Positions 39,876-48,878 of a stretch of 64,000 nt of DNA are shown here, one piece after another. The position numbers and the translations under genes are program-made. Location: the NCBI GenBank assembly GCA_964007735.1, contig CAXGAI010000001.1, positions 1 to 64,000 on the forward strand. The letters are read 5' to 3'. Numbering within the stretch: the stretch's first letter is position 1; each line of letters opens with the position of its first letter. The stretch is from an uncultured Rhodopirellula sp. (GTDB lineage: Bacteria > Planctomycetota > Planctomycetia > Pirellulales > Pirellulaceae). The notes beneath the pieces are model-generated. The model was given only the letters and a program-made list of their open reading frames with translations. It was not told the DNA's origin and did no database searches.

Positions 39876-41174
39876 ATGTCTGATGATGCGCAAAAACAAA
39901 ACGTAAAACGTCGTGATTTTATTGCGGCAGGAGCGGTCACTGCTGCTGCGACAACGATGACACCCGCGGTGAAAGCCACTGCAGAGGACGAGAAACTGGT
40001 CGTCGCTGTCATGGGTATGAGCCGCGGGCGGAGTCTGGCAGATACATTCGCAAAGCACAGTGACTGTGTTATTAAATACGTTTGTGACGTGGATAAGAAC
40101 CGAGCGGAACGAGCCGCTGAGGAATTGGAAGGTAAAGTGGGATATCGGCCTCAGGCCATCACCACATGGGAAACATTTGTTGAGGATGACGAGGTAGATA
40201 TCGTCGCTTGTGCAGCTCCAAACCACTGGCACGCTCCCACAACGATTGTCGCAGCAGAAGCAGGTAAGCATGTTTATGTTGAAAAGCCATGTTGTCAGAA
40301 TCCCTGGGAAGGTGAAATGCAGATTGCGGCTGCCCGCAAAAATAAAGTTTGTGTTCAGATTGGGACTCAGCGACGTAGTGCCCCGACTTATCGCGAAGGC
40401 ATTGAGTTCATTCACGGTGGAGGCATTGGTAAAGTTCACTCCGCACGCTGTGTTTATTTTAGTGCTCGCGCCTCCATCGGCTCCGGTAAACCTGCTGAAG
40501 TTCCGGAGCATTTAGATTACGAACGTTGGCAGGGACCAATTCCACGTCGAGAATATATTGATAACCTAGTGCACTATAATTGGCATTGGCGGTGGTTCTA
40601 TGGCAATGGAGAACTTGGCAATAATGGGATTCACTCACTCGACATCGCGCGCTGGGCATTGCAGGTCGAATTTCCAATGACCGTGAGCTCAACCGGTGGA
40701 CGTTACTACTTTGATGATGATCAGGAAACGCCCGATACTCATATTGTTTCCTTCGAATTCGAAAATGAATCTCAAATCACCTGGCAAGGTAGTAGTTGTA
40801 ACCGTAATGGCTCCGGCTTCGTGAAAGTCTTTGGCGAGAATGGGATGGTTGAATTCCTCGGCGGTGGTGGATACGTGGTTTACGATCGTGGTAATAAGGA
40901 AGTGAAGCGTGCTCCTGGTGGTCAGGGTCAGCCCGAGCATGTCGATAACCTGATTAAAGCGATCCGAAACAACGATCCGGAAAGCTTACATGCTGAAATT
41001 GAAATTGGTCATCGCAGTACCCTGCTTTGCCACCTCGGGAATATCTCACAACGTGTAGGTCGGATGCTTGCGTGCGATACGAGCAATGGCCATATCCTTA
41101 ATGATGAGGAAGCGATGGCATTGTGGCAGCGTGAATATCACGGCGATTGGAAACAACGACTGACGATTAGCTAG
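39876..41174 (+). CDS. Gfo/Idh/MocA family oxidoreductase, Tat-exported
   Basis: KRRDFI; PNHWH; GKHVYVEKP; GTQRRS; NNGIHSLD; SD GAGGT. Confidence 0.92.
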   Translation: MSDDAQKQNVKRRDFIAAGAVTAAATTMTPAVKATAEDEKLVVAVMGMSRGRSLADTFAKHSDCVIKYVCDVDKNRAERAAEELEGKVGYRPQAITTWETFVEDDEVDIVACAAPNHWHAPTTIVAAEAGKHVYVEKPCCQNPWEGEMQIAAARKNKVCVQIGTQRRSAPTYREGIEFIHGGGIGKVHSARCVYFSARASIGSGKPAEVPEHLDYERWQGPIPRREYIDNLVHYNWHWRWFYGNGELGNNGIHSLDIARWALQVEFPMTVSSTGGRYYFDDDQETPDTHIVSFEFENESQITWQGSSCNRNGSGFVKVFGENGMVEFLGGGGYVVYDRGNKEVKRAPGGQGQPEHVDNLIKAIRNNDPESLHAEIEIGHRSTLLCHLGNISQRVGRMLACDTSNGHILNDEEAMALWQREYHGDWKQRLTIS

Positions 41175-41191
41175 CTTTAGCAGATCAATTG

Positions 41192-41244
41192 AAGACACTC
41201 CTCGGTGTTGGATCAAGCCAATAGCGAGAGAGTGTTTTTTATTT
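41192..41244 (+). terminator. Probable intrinsic terminator
   Basis: Long imperfect hairpin AAGACACTC-CTCG-GTGTTGG / CCAATAG-CGAG-AGAGTGTTTT ending in a T-rich tract, just after the oxidoreductase stop. Confidence 0.6.
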
Positions 41245-41280
41245 CATAGGCTCTTTATCAAAAGATACTATTCAAAGATG
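41243..41280 (+). promoter_or_regulatory. Putative sigma70 promoter giving a leaderless transcript of the sulfatase gene
   Basis: TTCATA (41243-48), N17, TACTAT (41266-71), N6, ATG, directly after a terminator-like hairpin. Confidence 0.45.
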
Positions 41281-44082
41281 AACAAATATCTACAACGAAT
41301 TGTACTAATTTCTCTAGCCACGCTTTCTTTCGTATCGGGCTCTTTGCAGGCCGCAGACGAAAAGGCGCGTCCCAATATTGTATTTTTTTTAGCTGACGAT
41401 CAACGCAATGATCAATTGGGATGTTACGGCCACCCGTTTGTAAAGACACCTAACCTTGATAAGCTTGCTGCCCGCGGAACTCGGTTTACAAACGCTTTTG
41501 TCACGACTTCCATTTGTGCAGCCAGCAGGGCGACGATTTTTACGGGGCTGGTTGAGCGGAGTCATCACTATACGTTTGGAACCCCGGCGATCGCTCAGGA
41601 CCTGGTGTCACATTCTTATCCGGTTGTGATGAAGAACGCCGGGTACAAAACAGGATTTGTTGGTAAGTTCGGCGTCGGATTTGCTGGAGGAACCAAGCAA
41701 GCGTTTGATTTCTTCCAGCCGATCAATCGCAATAAGTATTTTAAACCGCAGCCGGATGGTTCACTTCGCCATACCACGCAGCTTTCCGGTGATGCGGCCA
41801 TTCAATTTATCAAGGCAAACAAAGATGAGCCGTTCATGCTGTCGGTTAGCTTTAATGCCACACATGCCGAAGATGGTGATAAAGTAGACCATTTTCCCTG
41901 GCCAAAAGTTATGGACGGGATGTACGAAGATATAGAGATTGCTCCCCCCCGTTTGAATGCTCCGGAGATATTTGCGAGTCAACCAGAATTTTTACGCGAA
42001 AGCCTGAATCGAGAACGCTTCTTTTGGCGATGGGATACCCAGGAGAAATACGAAAAAAATATCCGCTCCTATTACCGTATGTTAAGCGGCATCGATCATG
42101 TTGTTGGTCGCGTTATCGATACATTGGAAGAACTCAGCCTGGATGAAAATACGATTGTCATCTACACCGGTGATAACGGGTATTACATGGCTCAGCGAGG
42201 CTTTGCCGGAAAGTGGTCTCACTACGAAGAGTCTTTACGTGTGCCGATGATTATCGCTGACCCCCGAGTAAAGGATGATGTTAAAGGCCAGGTTCGGGAT
42301 GAAGTCGTGCTAAACCTGGACCTTGCCAGCACGTTTGTTCGGGCAGCTGGGATTGAGTTGCCTAAACAATATCAAGGTGAGGCTCTTGGTGGTTTGGTGG
42401 CGGGTAAGACCCCTAAGAAATGGCGCACTGACTTCTTTTGCGAACATTTGATGGATGTTCCCGGCCGGATACCTAAGTGGGAAGGAGTTCGTGCTCAGCG
42501 TTGGGTTTATGCCAATTATTTTCAGGACGATTTTGAGTTCCTGCATGACCTGGAGTCCGATCCGGATCAGTTAATAAATCTAGCCACTGTCCCGGCCCAC
42601 AAGTCGCAGCTAAAGAAGATGCGGGATCGTTGTCTTGAATTGCGGGATTCATATGGAGGGGAATATAGCTATAAATTGATTCCTACGAATAGGTATTTAC
42701 GTGAAAAGACCGAGGAAGAAAAGAAAACACAGCCAGCAAAACTCACGCCTCCCATTCCATCCGCAAAGGCTAAGCCTAAACCAAAGTTGCCGCCAAACCC
42801 GAATGTTGTTTTGATCATCTCTGATGATCAGGCATGGACAGATTACAGCTTTTTGGCTCATCCTGTCATCAAGACTCCACGGATTGATCAGCTTGCCCGT
42901 GAAAGTGCAACCTTTACCCGGGGTTATGTGCCTCAGGCATTATGTCGAAGTTCTTTGGCGACACTAGTATCAGGCCTCTATCCTCGACACCATAAAATAA
43001 CAGGTAATGACCCCACTCCATTGGGAGCGGGCGCTAAGCCGGGAGCCTATCAGGAATTGAGAAATCAATTGATTGCTAATATCGATCGGATTGACACGGT
43101 CCCCCGAATGTTACAGGAGAAGGGTTATCTGAGCCATCAGAGTGGCAAGTGGTGGGAAGGCCATTATTCACGAGGCGGGTTTACTCATGGCATGACCCAT
43201 GGTGATCCAGAGCGAGGCGGTCGGCACGGTGATGTTGGATTGCAAATCGGCCGCCAGGGAATGGAGCCAGTTCACAATTTCATTAAGGAGTCGAAAGATC
43301 AGGAGAAACCCTTCTTTGTTTGGTACGCACCATTCCTTCCGCATACGCCGCACAACCCACCAGAGCGTTTGTTGGTGAAATACCGAGCGGAAGATCGACC
43401 TGTTCAATTGGCAAAATATTATGCGATGTGTGAATGGTTCGATGAAACATGTGGTCAGTTGCTCGACATCATTGATGACGAAGGCTTACGAAAGAACACG
43501 GTGATTATTTATGTTACAGATAATGGATGGATCCAACGGACTCCTGACATGGATCTTGGCTCCGCCTGGCGGTCATCTTACGCTCCTAGGTCAAAACAGT
43601 CCGCTAATGAAGGGGGCATTCGTACGCCGATCATGGTTCGTTGGCCTGGCCAAGTGCGTCCGGGGAAACGTAGTCAGCTTGTGAGTTCGATCGATATTGC
43701 TCCGACGATTCTGGAGCTTGCGGGGCTTGAGAAAAAAGAACATATGTACGGTAAGAATTTGATCGATGTCGCCCAAGGACGTACCTCGCCTCATGATGCG
43801 TTGTTTGGAGAGTCTTATGCGCATGACATTGCTGATCTCAATGACCATACAAAAACGTTGCTTTATCGTTACGTCATTCAAGGAGATTGGAAATTGTTGT
43901 TGTCGTATGATGGCATTGTGAATCGCTATAAGTGGTCTCATCCTGAACGGGATTTAGGGCCCCAGCTTTACAATTTGCGGGTTGATCCTGCTGAGACAGA
44001 TAATCGTGCGGCGACGAACCCTGAAATCGTAAAAGAATTAACAGAGTTGCTTTACAAGCATTGGGATCACCGTAAAAACTAA
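41278..44082 (+). CDS. Tandem two-domain S1-family sulfatase
   Basis: Domain 1: PNIVFFLADD, CAASR, GKF, GDNG, GKWSHYE. Pro/Lys linker. Domain 2: PNVVLIISDD, CRSSL, GKWW, TDNG, EGGIRTP. Confidence 0.92.
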   Translation: MNKYLQRIVLISLATLSFVSGSLQAADEKARPNIVFFLADDQRNDQLGCYGHPFVKTPNLDKLAARGTRFTNAFVTTSICAASRATIFTGLVERSHHYTFGTPAIAQDLVSHSYPVVMKNAGYKTGFVGKFGVGFAGGTKQAFDFFQPINRNKYFKPQPDGSLRHTTQLSGDAAIQFIKANKDEPFMLSVSFNATHAEDGDKVDHFPWPKVMDGMYEDIEIAPPRLNAPEIFASQPEFLRESLNRERFFWRWDTQEKYEKNIRSYYRMLSGIDHVVGRVIDTLEELSLDENTIVIYTGDNGYYMAQRGFAGKWSHYEESLRVPMIIADPRVKDDVKGQVRDEVVLNLDLASTFVRAAGIELPKQYQGEALGGLVAGKTPKKWRTDFFCEHLMDVPGRIPKWEGVRAQRWVYANYFQDDFEFLHDLESDPDQLINLATVPAHKSQLKKMRDRCLELRDSYGGEYSYKLIPTNRYLREKTEEEKKTQPAKLTPPIPSAKAKPKPKLPPNPNVVLIISDDQAWTDYSFLAHPVIKTPRIDQLARESATFTRGYVPQALCRSSLATLVSGLYPRHHKITGNDPTPLGAGAKPGAYQELRNQLIANIDRIDTVPRMLQEKGYLSHQSGKWWEGHYSRGGFTHGMTHGDPERGGRHGDVGLQIGRQGMEPVHNFIKESKDQEKPFFVWYAPFLPHTPHNPPERLLVKYRAEDRPVQLAKYYAMCEWFDETCGQLLDIIDDEGLRKNTVIIYVTDNGWIQRTPDMDLGSAWRSSYAPRSKQSANEGGIRTPIMVRWPGQVRPGKRSQLVSSIDIAPTILELAGLEKKEHMYGKNLIDVAQGRTSPHDALFGESYAHDIADLNDHTKTLLYRYVIQGDWKLLLSYDGIVNRYKWSHPERDLGPQLYNLRVDPAETDNRAATNPEIVKELTELLYKHWDHRKN

Positions 44083-44281
44083 GCGGGCGGCACTCGATAA
44101 ACCTCATGCCCCTCGATTTTGATGGGGAACGTCGAATTTTTTTGTTGCATGGGATGCCGTCATCAACCATAGCTTGAAAGCAATTTCCTCATGCAGAAAA
44201 CGGCATTTTGACCTAAAATAGAGACTAAGAAGCTCTACGCTTATTCCCACCTCGCCTTACCTATCCCGGGCTACTTTTGTT

Positions 44282-47200
44282 ATGAACAGACATCATTGTT
44301 TTATATTGATGGCTCTTTTTTTGAGTGTTCCGATCGTTACGAACGCCGACGAAGGATTAACATTTGAGAAACACATCCGTCCGATCTTCCGGGCTCATTG
44401 CTACGATTGTCATGGTGCCGAAAAGGAGGTCAAAAGCGAGTTGGATTTGCGCCTTGTTCGTTTAATGGAAAAGGGCGGTGAATTCGGGCCTGCTTTGGTT
44501 AAAGGGAAACCGGATGAAAGCTATCTCCTCGAACGCATTGTGAGCGGTGAGATGCCGCCAGGGTCGCACCGCGTCCCGGAAGATCAGATTGCGACGATTC
44601 GTCAGTGGATTGTGGAAGGTGCTAAGACAGCCCGGCCGGAGCCGGCCACCATTGGCCCTGGACTTGGAATAACCTTTGAAGAGCGATCTTATTGGGCATT
44701 CCAAGCTATTCAAAGGCCTGACGTCCCGATCGTTAAAGATGTGGATCGAGTACGAACCCCAATTGATGCACTATTGCTGGCGAAGATGGAACCACATAAT
44801 CTTTCCTTTGCGCTGGATGCAGATAAACCCTCTCTTTTACGACGGGCATCACTCGCTCTGACGGGTCTGCCACCGACGGCCGAGGAACTGAAAGCGTTTC
44901 TGAGTGACGAAAGTTCCGAAGCGTGGATAACGGTTATTGACCGATTGCTTGATAGCCCTCAATACGGCGAACGATGGGGTCGTCATTGGCTCGACGTGGC
45001 AGGTTATGCCGATTCAGAAGGTTCCAGTAACAATGACGCGAATCGTCAGTGGGCATATAAATATCGTGACTGGGTGATCAAGGCGATTGGCAGTGATATG
45101 CCATTCGATCAGTTCATTACATGGCAATTGGCAGGTGATGAATTGGTGGAACCGCCCTACAAAAATATGTCACCTTTAGAGATCGAAAAACTTACAGCCA
45201 CAGGCTATCTCCGGATGGCTTCCGACGGCACGGGGCAGGGTGATAATGAAGAAAAACGCAATCAAGTTGTGATCGATACGGTCAAAATAGTTTCGACAGG
45301 GCTGTTAGGCATGTCGGTTGGCTGTGCTCAATGTCATGACCATCGTTATGATCCCATTTCACAAGAGGATTATTACCGAATGCGAGCCGTTTTTGAGCCC
45401 GCATTGAATCCTAAACGCTGGAAAGTACCAGGAAATCGAGCTGTTTCGCTGTATACAGATGAAGATCACGCGAACGCCGCCGAGGTTGAAGCGAAAGCTC
45501 AGGAAATGGGCAAGGCGCGTAATGCCAAACAAACAGAATATATGGATATCGCTTTGGCAGCGGAGTTAGAGAAACTTGACGAAGCATTACGCGAACCACT
45601 GGAAATGGCGTATCGTACTGCTGGCGATAAGCGAACAGACGAACAGAAAGAGTTGCTTGCGACGAACCCTAATATTGGCAATCTAAACCCTGGTGTTTTG
45701 TACCAATACAATCAGGGCCATGCCGATGAACTGAAGAAACTGGATAGTGAAATTGCGGCGGTTCGGGCAACCAAACCGGTGCATGAGTATGTTCGAGCGT
45801 TAACAAAACAAAATCCGGAAGTGGATCCGACGCTGCTGTTTTATCGTGGTGATTATCGCCAGCCCCAGCAGGAAATAGCTCCCGGTGGTCTTACTGTTGC
45901 GGCACCGGCGGACAGTCCATTTCAGATTAAGGATAATCCGGAAGGAGCACAGACTACAGGGCGTCGTTTGCAATACGCTCGCTGGTTAACAAGTGGCCGG
46001 CATCCGTTGGTGGCTCGGGTATTAGTCAATCGTTTTTGGATGCATCATTTTGGCACTGGTATCGTTGATACACCGGGCGAATTTGGGCTGCTCGGTTCAC
46101 TGCCAACCCAACCGGAAGTTCTGGATTGGCTCGCGGATGAATTCATGGCCAAAGGGTGGAGTCTCAAACACCTTCACCGCGTCATTATGACCTCGACTGT
46201 TTACATGCAGCAATCCAAACGCACTCTGGATGCAGATCAAATTGATGGCGGAAATCAGATGTATTCCCACTTTCCCGTAAAGCGACTTGATGCAGAAGCT
46301 ATTCGAGATTCTATTCTTGCAGTTAGCGGAAAGCTCGATACAACAACGTTTGGCGCGCCAGTGATGGTCGAAAAAGATACATCCGGGCAGGTCATTATTA
46401 ACGGTGAAGTTCAGCGTCGAAGTGTCTATCTGCAAATGAAAAGGACGGAGCCGATTGCAATTCTTAAAGCGTTTGATGCTCCAGCGATGGAAATTAACTG
46501 TACAAAGCGAGATAGTTCGACCGTAGCAACCCAATCGCTCATGTTAATGAATAGCGACTTTATCCTTCGTTATGCAGACTTCTTTGCGGCCCGCTTAAAT
46601 CAGGAGGCACAAGGAAAAATAGAATCTTCTGTTATTGAAGGATTGAACTTAGAACTTGGTGAAAACGCATTAGTAAACTCAGATCCATGGTCTTACGGAT
46701 ATGGGGAAATCAGTGATGCTAAAGAAGGTGAAATTGCGAACGTTACGTTCACCCATTTCCCGTTTTATGGGAGCGATACATGGAAGGGTGGAGCGAAAGT
46801 GCCTGATGAGCAAATTGGATTTTCATTTCTAAATAAGACCTCCGGTCATACGGCCTCGAAAGGCTTCAGTCCTATTCGGCGATGGACCTCTCCGGTTACC
46901 GGGAAAGTTCAAATTAAAGGCAATCTTCATCACCCATCAGATAATGGTGACGGTGTACGCCTTACTCTTTACAGTAGTCGTTTAGGAGTACTCGGACAGT
47001 GGTCTGCAAAAACAGGTGGTGTGGATTACGAGGTGACCGCTGAAGTGGAATCCGGAGATAGAATTGATGCGATCGTCGATATGATTGAAGACTATACTTC
47101 CGATACCTTCTCTAACATTTACACGATCAACCAGTTGGAGTCGGCAAAGCCCGCAACGTGGATTTCAGATAAAGAATTTCACGGGCCGTTAGATAAGAGT

Positions 47201-47422
47201 GAGTACGAGTTGAACGCGACGATTGCGGAACAAATTGCCTATGGCTGGCAGTTGGCCTATGGACGTCCACCGACACGTGAAGAAGTTCAACTTTCGATTG
47301 AATTTATTGAGCAACAGTTAGTATTGCTGATTGCTTCTAAAAATGAATCACCATTTGAGCAGGCCATGACCAACTATTGTCAGGCATTGCTGACCTCAAA
47401 TCAGTTCCTCTATATGGAATAA
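44282..47422 (+). CDS. PSCyt1 + DUF1549 + DUF1553 protein with an inserted beta-rich domain near the C-terminus
   Basis: CYDCH; CAQCH; YGERWGRHWLDVAGYADS; PTQPEVLDWLA; insert WSYGYG...IRRWTSP...DGV. Confidence 0.9.
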   Translation: MNRHHCFILMALFLSVPIVTNADEGLTFEKHIRPIFRAHCYDCHGAEKEVKSELDLRLVRLMEKGGEFGPALVKGKPDESYLLERIVSGEMPPGSHRVPEDQIATIRQWIVEGAKTARPEPATIGPGLGITFEERSYWAFQAIQRPDVPIVKDVDRVRTPIDALLLAKMEPHNLSFALDADKPSLLRRASLALTGLPPTAEELKAFLSDESSEAWITVIDRLLDSPQYGERWGRHWLDVAGYADSEGSSNNDANRQWAYKYRDWVIKAIGSDMPFDQFITWQLAGDELVEPPYKNMSPLEIEKLTATGYLRMASDGTGQGDNEEKRNQVVIDTVKIVSTGLLGMSVGCAQCHDHRYDPISQEDYYRMRAVFEPALNPKRWKVPGNRAVSLYTDEDHANAAEVEAKAQEMGKARNAKQTEYMDIALAAELEKLDEALREPLEMAYRTAGDKRTDEQKELLATNPNIGNLNPGVLYQYNQGHADELKKLDSEIAAVRATKPVHEYVRALTKQNPEVDPTLLFYRGDYRQPQQEIAPGGLTVAAPADSPFQIKDNPEGAQTTGRRLQYARWLTSGRHPLVARVLVNRFWMHHFGTGIVDTPGEFGLLGSLPTQPEVLDWLADEFMAKGWSLKHLHRVIMTSTVYMQQSKRTLDADQIDGGNQMYSHFPVKRLDAEAIRDSILAVSGKLDTTTFGAPVMVEKDTSGQVIINGEVQRRSVYLQMKRTEPIAILKAFDAPAMEINCTKRDSSTVATQSLMLMNSDFILRYADFFAARLNQEAQGKIESSVIEGLNLELGENALVNSDPWSYGYGEISDAKEGEIANVTFTHFPFYGSDTWKGGAKVPDEQIGFSFLNKTSGHTASKGFSPIRRWTSPVTGKVQIKGNLHHPSDNGDGVRLTLYSSRLGVLGQWSAKTGGVDYEVTAEVESGDRIDAIVDMIEDYTSDTFSNIYTINQLESAKPATWISDKEFHGPLDKSEYELNATIAEQIAYGWQLAYGRPPTREEVQLSIEFIEQQLVLLIASKNESPFEQAMTNYCQALLTSNQFLYME

Positions 47423-47426
47423 GATA

Positions 47427-48878
47427 ATGACCAAACAAGGTATTCAGACAGGTTTTACTCGACGCGGGTTTTTACGCGAAAATGCGATGGGTTTAGGCAT
47501 CGTTGCCCTGGCGTCGTTGTTGGAAGATGAAAAATTACTGGGTGTTCCCCGTAATGTGAAACTAGAACCTCAAAAGTTTGACCTGACAGCTAAGCAGCCT
47601 CACTTTGAGCCGAAAGCTAAGGCGATGATTTCGCTATTTCAGCATGGTGGCCCATCGCATATGGACCTATTCGATCCGAAGCCGGAATTAACACGGTTAG
47701 ACGGCAAGACGTACGACGGTGACGTTGGCTTTAGCTTTATCAAGCGGGCGACCAAGGTGTTGAAGGGCACACCGTTCAATTTTAGTAAACATGGTGAAGC
47801 CGGTACGGAAATGTCAGAGCTGATCCCTCATATAGGCTCTATCGCGGATGATATCTGCCTAATTCGGTCGATGCATACCGGCTTCAATGGCCATGAAGTC
47901 TCCATTCGTTATATGAATGCCGGGATTGCCGGAGTGACCGGTCGCCCTGCTCTAGGTAGTTGGGTTACCTATGCATTAGGTAGTGAAACTCAGAATCTTC
48001 CGGCGTATATGGTACTCACAGACCCAGGTGGTCATCCGGTCGATTCAACTCATAATTGGTCCAATGGCTGGATGCCCTCGATTTATCAGGGGACCGTACT
48101 CCGACCAAAAGAGCCACGTATTCTTAATCTTGATGCTCCGGAGCATCTTCGCGGTAGTGTCCAGGCGTCGAATTTGACCTTTCTGGGTAAACTCAATCGT
48201 CGCCATGCGGAAAAACATCCAGGAGAACATGAGTTGGAAGCGCGCATTGCAAGCTATGAGCTTGCTGCTCGAATGCAAGATGCGGCCCGAGAAGCGTTGG
48301 ATATTTCAGGCGAAACAGAAGCCACTCATAAGCTTTACGGCATCGACGAGGAAGCCACGAGAGAATATGGTACCCGCTGCCTGATTGCCCGACGTTTAGT
48401 GGAGCGTGGAGTACGATTTGTACAATTGTTTCATGCCGGACAGCCATGGGATAACCACAATTCTCTCCATACTAGTTTGCCGAGTGCCTGTAAGAAAACC
48501 GACAAGCCTTCCGCCGGCCTTGTGAAAGACCTGAAGCAGCGAGGCATGCTGGATGAAGTGCTTGTTCACTGGGGTGGTGAAATCGGTCGCTTGCCAGTTG
48601 TTGAGGGTGATCCGAAAACGGGTGGGCGCGATCACAACGGGCAGGGATTTAGCACTTGGTTGGCCGGTGGAGGAATTAAGCCTGGTATTACCTATGGCCA
48701 ATCCGATGAGGTGGGTCACAAGGCGGCGGAGAACATTGTCAGGCCTAACGACTATCAGGCAACAATTTTTAAGTTGTTTGGGATCGACCATAAAGAACTG
48801 TATTATCTTCACAACGGTCAGGAGCAAAAATTGACCGTTAGCGCGGATGCGAAAGTTGTTGAGGACATCATAGCCTGA
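47427..48878 (+). CDS. DUF1501 domain protein, Tat-exported (type A)
   Basis: TRRGFL; GGPSHMDLFDPKP; WDNH; GEIGRLP; GRDHN. Confidence 0.9.
   Translation: MTKQGIQTGFTRRGFLRENAMGLGIVALASLLEDEKLLGVPRNVKLEPQKFDLTAKQPHFEPKAKAMISLFQHGGPSHMDLFDPKPELTRLDGKTYDGDVGFSFIKRATKVLKGTPFNFSKHGEAGTEMSELIPHIGSIADDICLIRSMHTGFNGHEVSIRYMNAGIAGVTGRPALGSWVTYALGSETQNLPAYMVLTDPGGHPVDSTHNWSNGWMPSIYQGTVLRPKEPRILNLDAPEHLRGSVQASNLTFLGKLNRRHAEKHPGEHELEARIASYELAARMQDAAREALDISGETEATHKLYGIDEEATREYGTRCLIARRLVERGVRFVQLFHAGQPWDNHNSLHTSLPSACKKTDKPSAGLVKDLKQRGMLDEVLVHWGGEIGRLPVVEGDPKTGGRDHNGQGFSTWLAGGGIKPGITYGQSDEVGHKAAENIVRPNDYQATIFKLFGIDHKELYYLHNGQEQKLTVSADAKVVEDIIA

Noticed and set aside
39837..40511. 224-aa antisense ORF
   Set aside because: Shadow of the well-supported Gfo/Idh/MocA gene, with no recognisable motifs
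5366..48878. Calling the DUF1501 proteins sulfatases
   Set aside because: None has a C/S-x-P/A-x-R motif; only 41278-44082 is a true sulfatase-family gene
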